From Promethearchaeum syntrophicum (GTDB lineage: Archaea > Asgardarchaeota > Lokiarchaeia > Sigyniarchaeales > Promethearchaeaceae), in contig NZ_CP042905.2 in the NCBI RefSeq assembly GCF_008000775.2, positions 2,816,998 through 2,836,997 on the forward strand: 20,000 nt of DNA, written 5' to 3'. Position 1 is the first letter of the stretch. Each line of letters opens with the position of its first letter. The translations under genes and the position numbers were made by a program. Shown here piece after piece: positions 1-6,394 of the stretch. The notes beneath the pieces are model-generated. The model worked only from the letters and a program-made list of their open reading frames with translations. It did not search any database and had not been told where the DNA came from.

Positions 1-290
1 CTCATGTAATGAAATTTGCCGTTAATAATAAGGGAATTATGCAAGAAATGTTCATGGGTATAAAAGATAGTGCAGATAATTGGCTAGAATGGGAATATAC
101 TGTATTAATTAGTGCACCTAGTGGATATGATGTAGGGAATGTGTTTGATGGTCTTCCTGTTGAAGATATTCACGGGCTCCAAGGATCTGGATTTGAGATT
201 CCAGGATATTCAGGTGCGTTTTTAGTTATTGCGAGTGTATTTGGAATTTTTAGTTTATTAGCTTTAATTTCAAATCGACGTAGATTTTAA
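1..290 (+). CDS. C-terminal end of a secreted/surface protein with a PGF-CTERM-like sorting signal (5'-partial)
   Basis: The frame is open from the window edge (in frame from nt 3), so the first ATG at 9 is probably internal. The C-terminus IPGYSGAFLVIASVFGIFSLLALISNRRRF has PG[F/Y], a hydrophobic helix and an Arg-rich tail, which is the three-part layout of archaeosortase-type C-terminal anchors. Confidence 0.5.
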   Translation, partial: HVMKFAVNNKGIMQEMFMGIKDSADNWLEWEYTVLISAPSGYDVGNVFDGLPVEDIHGLQGSGFEIPGYSGAFLVIASVFGIFSLLALISNRRRF

Positions 291-300
291 TTCTAAAAAT

Positions 301-1671
301 CTATATTTTTTTTTTCTTTTCATTTGGTTCTACTATTTCTTTTAAATCAATTTCTTTTATTCCATTATTTCTTTCATGTAATTCTTTGGTTCTTAGTTTC
401 AATATTCTTTGAATCCTTGCTACATCAGAATTTATGAATTTTAGGGCTAAAATCCATAGAAATGCCCCAGGAATTCCTAATAGTAACGTGATCCATGCTG
501 CTTCAAAATAATTCCCTTCATTCACACTTAAAATATATCCTGCAATAACAGGGCCTAAGCCATTCGCAATGGTTTCCAGAAATTGTCCCCATGAAGAGAC
601 TGTTCCTTGTGCTTCTGGCAAATTTATGGCTTGAATAATAGGGTTTTGGTTCACATTATAGATACCAAGTACGGCGCGAATCGTAAAGATAATCAATCCA
701 AACATCCAACCAGATGGATAAGAGAATAAAAGAATGATATTATTGCCTTCTTCAGGAGTGAGAGGTTGTAATGGGATTACGAATACTAAAACAATTGAAA
801 TAAATAAGGTAATTATCGAGAAGATAATTAAGATGACTCTCCATTTGATATTTCTTTTGCCAAAGGTATCGGAGATTTTTCCAAACACAATGCCTCCAAA
901 AATAGCGCCAGGCATTCCAAAAATAATCATTAGAATTCCGTTTGCAATGGGTGAAATATTATAGGGTTCACTCTGAAGGTAGGGATATATCATATATAGA
1001 GCGATTGCAAATATTAACCAAGTAAAAATACCCTCAATGAAAGCGATTATATTTGTGGGGGAAAATATTGTTGATTTTACCGTTTTTGCATTTAATTGGT
1101 ATTCATAAACAATATCGGTGGAATTAAGTAAATTTGACAAATCTTTTTGAGAATTTTGCCCTCTTTTTGGTTCTTTTAAGTATATCCATAAGATAATCAT
1201 GATGATGAATAAAATGCTTCCAGCAATCCAGAAATATAATTTCCAATAGCCAAATTGGAACAGAATGGCACTCAAAATCGTACCAAATGTTGCCCCAACC
1301 TGTCGACTTGATTCTTGGATCCCAAAAAACCGAGATCGTTTTTCTTTGGATAATGCATCATTTGTATAGGAAAGAATGATCGGTTCAATGCCACCTAAAC
1401 CCAATCCAGTTAAGCTAAAACAGAATAGAAAATAACCATAGCTAATGGGCTCTCCCATTGGGGCAAAGGCATTCAAAAATCGTCCGGCAGCAATTAAAAA
1501 AACCATGATTAGAAGTAAAAATTTCCTTGAAAACTTATCAGCTAATCTACCAATCAACAACCCCGAAACTGCCATGCCCCATGTTCTTGTTCCAATTAAG
1601 ATCCCCATTTCAAGCGGATAAAAAGTTTGATCTTGCCAAATTATATCAGATAGTACCAACATATTAAGCAT
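301..1671 (-). CDS. Major facilitator superfamily (MFS) transporter; 5' end probably mis-set
   Basis: Multiple hydrophobic helices throughout. GRLADKFSRK matches MFS motif A (G-x-L-A-D-R-x-G-R-K) between TM2 and TM3. A central cytoplasmic loop (KEPKRGQNSQKDL...) separates the two six-helix halves. TM1 appears to be encoded upstream of the listed ATG (see findings). Confidence 0.85.
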   Translation of the reverse strand: MLNMLVLSDIIWQDQTFYPLEMGILIGTRTWGMAVSGLLIGRLADKFSRKFLLLIMVFLIAAGRFLNAFAPMGEPISYGYFLFCFSLTGLGLGGIEPIILSYTNDALSKEKRSRFFGIQESSRQVGATFGTILSAILFQFGYWKLYFWIAGSILFIIMIILWIYLKEPKRGQNSQKDLSNLLNSTDIVYEYQLNAKTVKSTIFSPTNIIAFIEGIFTWLIFAIALYMIYPYLQSEPYNISPIANGILMIIFGMPGAIFGGIVFGKISDTFGKRNIKWRVILIIFSIITLFISIVLVFVIPLQPLTPEEGNNIILLFSYPSGWMFGLIIFTIRAVLGIYNVNQNPIIQAINLPEAQGTVSSWGQFLETIANGLGPVIAGYILSVNEGNYFEAAWITLLLGIPGAFLWILALKFINSDVARIQRILKLRTKELHERNNGIKEIDLKEIVEPNEKKKKI

Positions 1672-1926
1672 TATGCCGGCAACCGCGATTGCGATAAGAA
1701 AACGAAGAATATATATCGGCCATACAATAAAAGGGGTTTCTTTTGCTGAGGTGTCTGATTCATTTATTTTATGAGGGGTTGATTTTTTAATAAGTATAAA
1801 GCACCAAGTTAAAGTAGTAAAAAGATTTGGGAGATATTTACTTAAATCTAGACAAGGTTAAAAGAATTTTTTTCATTGAATCATAAAAAAAAAATTTACA
1901 TTCATAATCTAAATTACGTTTGTGAA

Positions 1927-3138
1927 TTACCTAAGAAAACGATTTAGAAATACTGCCCATTCTTTAACAATGGGCATATGATCTTGATCTTTGTCCTTGA
2001 AGAAAGTCGAGATTACATAATTATAATGCGCAACTGTTTTAGGATTCGTAGTTATAAAATAAGTAGCACCAGTATCACGAACTTCTTTAACAAAATCAAT
2101 CCACATTTGCTCCGTTTCTTTAGTTATTTTGATATAAGGTGTACAACCAAAATCAAAGGAATAATCCCGATTATTTTGCATCTCAATTAGTTTAACTCCT
2201 TTCAAACTTTCAAGAATGAATCTTGGAGCATCATAAATCTTACCCCCCATTCGTCCTATTTTGCTAGAATCATGATAAGTAAAACGAACATCAACGGGAA
2301 AATTAATTATGGATTTTTTGATGAAATTTTTTTCCAATAGAAACTCACTTAAATGATATACTTCAAAATCAAAGTCAGGAATAACGCGCGGATAATCATA
2401 CTTCCAAGTTCGATAGGCCTCATCATTTTCAATAACTATAGTTTTTACTTTTGCTTTCCGATAAGTTTTAACATTGTATTCAGCTAGCGCTTTAAATGTA
2501 TCAAAATCACCAATCCATAAATCGTCATGACCGCTGCCTTTTAAATTAATAACAACGGGCTTAATATCAAGATGATTCAGAATTTTAACAACTGCTAGTG
2601 GAATTTGATCGATTTGGTCACTGATTATGGGATAATTCTTTTGGAGCTGAGGTAGGTCATCAATAAAATATGCGATTTCCCCAGTTTTTACAATTTTAAA
2701 ATCAGGTTTATTCTTAAAATAGTGAAGGACACCAATTTTAGAAAGCGATTTCTTACTGGTTTCATTATCAGATTTATTTTGCAGAATAGTCCCACAACCG
2801 GGTTTTTCAGGTTTACCTTTTACCGAAATATCGTGCTTAAACGCAAACTGGCGTAATTCTCGAACTAAATATGCCATATTCATACCAAGCTCTTCTCCCT
2901 TACTATGGTTACTATGAGTCGGACAATCTACCATACACCGATTACATGCGATACAGTTAAAAATGGGGTGACGTTGTAGAACTTCTTCAAGAGATTCACT
3001 ATTCATCTCTAAATCGCGAAGCAATCCAAGAGGATTAAATAATCCAGTTAAATGGGTTGGGCAACTTAAATTGCATTGTCCACAGTTTTTGCATGCAGAA
3101 ATATATTCATTAATTGCCGAATTGAATGTAGTAAGCAT
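1927..3138 (-). CDS. HdrD/GlpC-like Fe-S protein: N-terminal 2x[4Fe-4S] domain plus two cysteine-depleted CCG-like domains
   Basis: There are two CxxCxxCxxxCP motifs (CKNCGQCNLSCP and CIACNRCMVDCP) separated by a helical linker. The C-terminal 280 aa follow the spacing pattern of duplicated CCG domains (IAYFIDD.., VRFTYHDSSKIGR.., YFITTNPKT) but lack the CCG cysteines. Confidence 0.65.
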   Translation of the reverse strand: MLTTFNSAINEYISACKNCGQCNLSCPTHLTGLFNPLGLLRDLEMNSESLEEVLQRHPIFNCIACNRCMVDCPTHSNHSKGEELGMNMAYLVRELRQFAFKHDISVKGKPEKPGCGTILQNKSDNETSKKSLSKIGVLHYFKNKPDFKIVKTGEIAYFIDDLPQLQKNYPIISDQIDQIPLAVVKILNHLDIKPVVINLKGSGHDDLWIGDFDTFKALAEYNVKTYRKAKVKTIVIENDEAYRTWKYDYPRVIPDFDFEVYHLSEFLLEKNFIKKSIINFPVDVRFTYHDSSKIGRMGGKIYDAPRFILESLKGVKLIEMQNNRDYSFDFGCTPYIKITKETEQMWIDFVKEVRDTGATYFITTNPKTVAHYNYVISTFFKDKDQDHMPIVKEWAVFLNRFLR

Positions 3139-3394
3139 TGTGAAATTAAGTAAAATGGGAATACATAAAGGTTATCCTTGCAAAATCACTGAATTAAATT
3201 TATTTCGTAAAATTTTCCCTAATGAAATCAAAAATCTCTATATAATGAATTATAAATAATTATTCCTAATATATGATGAATTTTACTAAAATGAACAAAA
3301 TTTCACAAAAACAATAAAAAATCCAAAACCTCTTAAAGGAGATTTTCTTAAAAAAAGTTCGACATAAATTCAATCGAAATCATGATGATTTAAC

Positions 3395-4081
3395 TTGCTA
3401 AATCGAATAGATCTGAAGGGGTTTAAAAAGGTTCAAGATGAATACAGAAAAGATCGCTCTAAATGTAAGAAAACATTGGAAGTTAAAGGAAGATGGAAAT
3501 TAGATGTACAATATGGTCCACAATTTGAGATAAAACTGGCCACAGAAAGAGCAGGGATCATTACTGTACAAACTGATGAAACCATCATCCTTGGAGGAGG
3601 AGGAACAGCAGTACACCCAGTTCATTATTGTATGGTCGGTTTTTGTGGTTGCTTCTCAGCAGCATTTGCTAAATGGGCAGCAATGGCAGATATAGAATTA
3701 AAAAAATTAGACATTAGAATTATTGCAGACATAGATTTAACAACGGGATTTGGAATTGAGGATGGTATTGATGCTGTTAATGATTATAAACTTGAAATAT
3801 ATATTGAAAGCGATGCAAGTGAAGATGAATTAAATAAAGTTCTGGAGTACACAAAAAAAAGATGTTTTTGTATGTATTGTATCACGACACCAATAGAACC
3901 TAAAATTGAGATGATAATAGAAACACCTGAAGAAGAGATAGAAGATGCCGTCTTTATTTGTCCTAATTGTTTCAAGTATACAATGGTATTTTTAGATGAT
4001 AACACTCAGAAATGTTCGAATTGCAATACTATTGGCTATTTTACTCGACCACCCGAATCAGAAGAATCATCTAAGAAATAA
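3395..4081 (+). CDS. OsmC/Ohr-family protein with C-terminal zinc-ribbon extension
   Basis: TTG start is the first start after an in-frame TGA. OsmC-like core ILGGGGTAVHPVHYCMVGFCGCFSAAF plus a second Cys region KKRCFCMYCITTP. The C-terminus CPNCFKYTMVFLDDNTQKCSNC is CxxC-x16-CxxC. Confidence 0.65.
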   Translation: MLNRIDLKGFKKVQDEYRKDRSKCKKTLEVKGRWKLDVQYGPQFEIKLATERAGIITVQTDETIILGGGGTAVHPVHYCMVGFCGCFSAAFAKWAAMADIELKKLDIRIIADIDLTTGFGIEDGIDAVNDYKLEIYIESDASEDELNKVLEYTKKRCFCMYCITTPIEPKIEMIIETPEEEIEDAVFICPNCFKYTMVFLDDNTQKCSNCNTIGYFTRPPESEESSKK

Positions 4082-4118
4082 AAAAGCACATTAGAAAGGA
4101 GCATTATAATATCAAGAA

Positions 4119-4337
4119 GTGAAACAAATGAATGAAGAATGGCCTTATGTAACTAATAAAGATCAATACGTTATGGATTTAGAAAAAGATTTAAAGAAAA
4201 CTAAGAATCAATTATATCAGACTTTAATAAATGCAAATAAAACAGTTAACGAAATTCAAGAAGTTCAGGAGAAATTGAATCGATGTCAAATTGAAAATGC
4301 AAAATTAAAGCATCAAATTGAAGATTTATCTAAATAA
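4119..4337 (+). CDS. Small coiled-coil protein (hypothetical), immediately upstream of the Rab-like GTPase
   Basis: 72-aa ORF with GTG start. Heptad-like K/E/Q-rich sequence (LEKDLKKTKNQLYQTL...NRCQIENAKLKHQIEDLSK). A 34-bp gap separates it from the next gene on the same strand. Confidence 0.45.
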   Translation: MKQMNEEWPYVTNKDQYVMDLEKDLKKTKNQLYQTLINANKTVNEIQEVQEKLNRCQIENAKLKHQIEDLSK

Positions 4338-4371
4338 TTTTAATTGAAAAAAAAGGCATGGTTTAAACCCA

Positions 4372-4923
4372 ATGAATGATACTCAAATAGATTTTATCTT
4401 TAAAATAACAGTAATTGGAGATAGTGGTGTAGGAAAAACATCGTTAATTAAACAATATACTCAGAGTTCATTTGAAAATGATTATATTTCTACAATTGGG
4501 GCCCAATTTTCTATATATAATGAAGAGATAGATGGGGGTAAATTTAAGTTATTTTTATGGGATATCGCTGGTGAAAAGGATTTTAAATTCCTACGCGCTC
4601 AGTTTTATACAAAAAGTAAAGCCGCAATTATTGTTTATTCTCTCGAGGAAAATGATCATGGAAGAAAAAGCTTCAAGCACATAATTGAATGGTATAAGGA
4701 TATTAAAGAATATTGCGGAGAAATTCCCGTTATCATTTTTGCTAATAAAGTTGATTTAATTGATGAAAGAAATTTCGATGATACGGAGGTACAGAAATTA
4801 GTTAAGGAAAATAACTTTTTAGGAATTTATTATACTTCCGCGAAAACTGGTAAGAAGGTAACTGAAGCTTTCCAATACATAATTAAATTTCTTTATAATC
4901 AGGCTAAGAATAAGATTTATTAA
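4372..4923 (+). CDS. Ras-superfamily small GTPase, Rab-like
   Basis: G1 GDSGVGKTS, switch I YISTIGAQF (Rab-like TIGxxF), G3 WDIAGEK, G4 NKVD, G5 TSAKTG. Size is 183 aa. There is no C-terminal prenylation Cys motif. Confidence 0.9.
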   Translation: MNDTQIDFIFKITVIGDSGVGKTSLIKQYTQSSFENDYISTIGAQFSIYNEEIDGGKFKLFLWDIAGEKDFKFLRAQFYTKSKAAIIVYSLEENDHGRKSFKHIIEWYKDIKEYCGEIPVIIFANKVDLIDERNFDDTEVQKLVKENNFLGIYYTSAKTGKKVTEAFQYIIKFLYNQAKNKIY

Positions 4924-4959
4924 AAAATTTTTACAATAATACAAAGGTTTTGAATTAAA

Positions 4960-5205
4960 TTATCTGAATTGCTTTTTTTTCATCGAGAACAGCAGAATGA
5001 TTGCACTTCCTGTTCCTATAATTATGCCGATAATTATTAAATACCATTCTAAATTACTGATTAACCAAAAAAATCTGCCGGAAGTCCCATATCCCATCTC
5101 GTAAGCTATATTTTGTAAATATAATCCTAAAGGGAAAGCTAGACACGACACCAGTATTCCAACACAAAGTCCAATGACGGGAAAAGTCAATTTGCTTTCC
5201 ATCAT
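4960..5205 (-). CDS. Small integral membrane protein (two or three TM helices), hypothetical
   Basis: 81-aa ORF with hydrophobic segments FPVIGLCVGILVSCLAFPLGLYL and WYLIIIGIIIGTGSAIILLF and a basic C-terminus. A GGAG lies about 9 nt upstream of the ATG. Confidence 0.5.
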   Translation of the reverse strand: MMESKLTFPVIGLCVGILVSCLAFPLGLYLQNIAYEMGYGTSGRFFWLISNLEWYLIIIGIIIGTGSAIILLFSMKKKQFR

Positions 5206-5310
5206 TTTGTGTCTCCGTTCTTTTTTTTTTAATTTAAATTATTAACAAAATTAGTAATATTAAAACTATGGGATAAATTTGAGAGATTTAATGAAATAAA
5301 AGAAGGAGAT

Positions 5311-5425
5311 ATTCTCAGTTTGCATTTTCGCAATATTTGGGATATAACTATTCTGCAACGCATTTCGCCTTATCTTCAGTGTTCGGGATGGGAACTGGAG
5401 TTTTTCGAAACCTATGACCGAGAAT
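5311..5425 (-). rRNA. rrf: 5S ribosomal RNA (about 115 nt)
   Basis: The reverse complement reads ATTCTCGGTCATAGG...CCAGTTCCCATCCCGAACACTGAAGATAAGG...TTGCA...TGCAAACTGAGAAT. It contains the universal 5S core (GGTCATAG, CCCATCCCGAAC, GAAG-TAAG). Terminal helix I pairs ATTCTCGG with CTGAGAAT, helix II pairs GTTTCG with CGAAAT, and helix III pairs CAGT with ACTG. Confidence 0.85.
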
Positions 5426-5445
5426 AATTAATCAAATATTAGAAG

Positions 5446-5466
5446 AAATATAAAATTTACGGATTT
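5446..5466 (-). promoter_or_regulatory. Archaeal TATA-box promoter of the 5S rRNA gene
   Basis: On the minus strand, TTTTATAT (plus 5448-5455) lies 23-30 nt upstream of the predicted 5S 5' end, which is the canonical archaeal TATA spacing. A near-identical copy of the element (tatataaaatttacgaattt) sits about 40 bp further upstream at 5485-5506. Confidence 0.45.
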
Positions 5467-5550
5467 CCAAAATACTTCAAGGAAAGTATATAAAATTTAC
5501 GAATTTGGGAGCAAAATCAAGCGATATTTCAAAAAGGAGAATATTAATAA

Positions 5551-6050
5551 TTAATTTATTTATCTGATTTCAAAAATCCTAAAACTGGATTAATACAATA
5601 AGCTTCATCAATTACCCACGAATGCTTCTGCTAATCACAAGTTTAAGTATTAAGTTTATAAATTTTAGTTCTCGGATGATTTACATTATTTAAATGAAGT
5701 TCTGCAAGTTATAGGGGTATATAGAATAATAAATCAGATTTATGTTTAGTGGGTATTTGCAGATACCTGAAAAGCTTCTAAATTTCAATTCTTAACATAG
5801 ATTGAAAAGGGGTTGGATTCAGTTCCATTCGAGTTTTATGTTTTGTATTTCTTTTCATCCCCCTACCCCCAGATAAAAAAAAATTAAAGTTATCAAAGTG
5901 TTGGAGGAGTACATATGTACATTCAGTTTCAATACTTGCATCATTGAGAAATCAAAATAATCTTGATTAAAATTGGATGATTTTGGGAAATTCCCCTTAA
6001 TCACCATTTTAGGCTAGATACTTGGATAACAAATTTCCTGATACCAAGAA
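5551..6050 (-). pseudogene. Decayed partial duplicate of the 3' part of the regulator gene at 6395-7552
   Basis: Collinear nucleotide similarity to 6395-6900 (for example ggattcagttccatt at 5825-5839 against 6664-6678; taataaatcagaYWtWtgt; cttcatcaattaYcca). The minus-strand translation aligns in frame to ...IWGYGEEKELQK..MELNPIPF..SDLLFYL... but is interrupted by several TAG/TAA/TGA stops (IWG*GDEKKYKT*NSNGTESNPF...). The track shows no ORF of 60 aa or more here. Confidence 0.7.
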
Positions 6051-6207
6051 CTCTCACGGACTGAATAAAAAATTTTTGGTAGATGATGTAATAAATTATT
6101 TAGAAAAAGCTATGTACAACCATCACAAAGCGATAAAATTGTTAAAATCTAAACAGTTAAATGAGAAAAAAAACAAATGTAATCTAATTACATAAAAGTG
6201 ATTAAAT

Positions 6208-6318
6208 ATGAAATTAAAATTCTGGTTAATTTTGGGGATATCGTACTTATTATTGATGATGCCTGTGTTATTAGCTGTTGCTGGGAGAGAAGATGGCGGC
6301 GGCGGAGTAATTGATTAA
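6208..6318 (+). CDS. Unlisted 36-aa secreted pre-peptide ending in REDGGGGVID
   Basis: Hand translation gives ATG...TAA = MKLKFWLILGISYLLLMMPVLLAVAGREDGGGGVID. This has a basic n-region, a hydrophobic h-region and an AVAG-type cleavage context, followed by a 10-aa tail with the same DGGGGV motif that is repeated five times in the ORF at 7678-8085. Confidence 0.45.
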   Translation: MKLKFWLILGISYLLLMMPVLLAVAGREDGGGGVID

Positions 6319-6394
6319 TAATTTTTTACCATTTTTTTTCTATAATCTTATCTAACGATTCTTAAGCAGGTTAATTGTAAAAAGGCTAATAATC

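Noticed and set aside
734-964. Antisense or shadow ORFs in the track (734-964, 1978-2190, 3071-3259, 3784-4005, 7946-8170, 9283-9480, 10606-10788, 10713-10967, 12062-12247, 14572-14787, 14720-14908, 15498-15695, 18196-18435)
   Set aside because: Each lies wholly or largely within a longer ORF, mostly opposite-strand, whose product has clear family motifs. The translations are low-complexity and Ile/Leu/Phe/Ser/Lys-rich with no recognisable motifs, as expected for the antisense of AT-rich genes.
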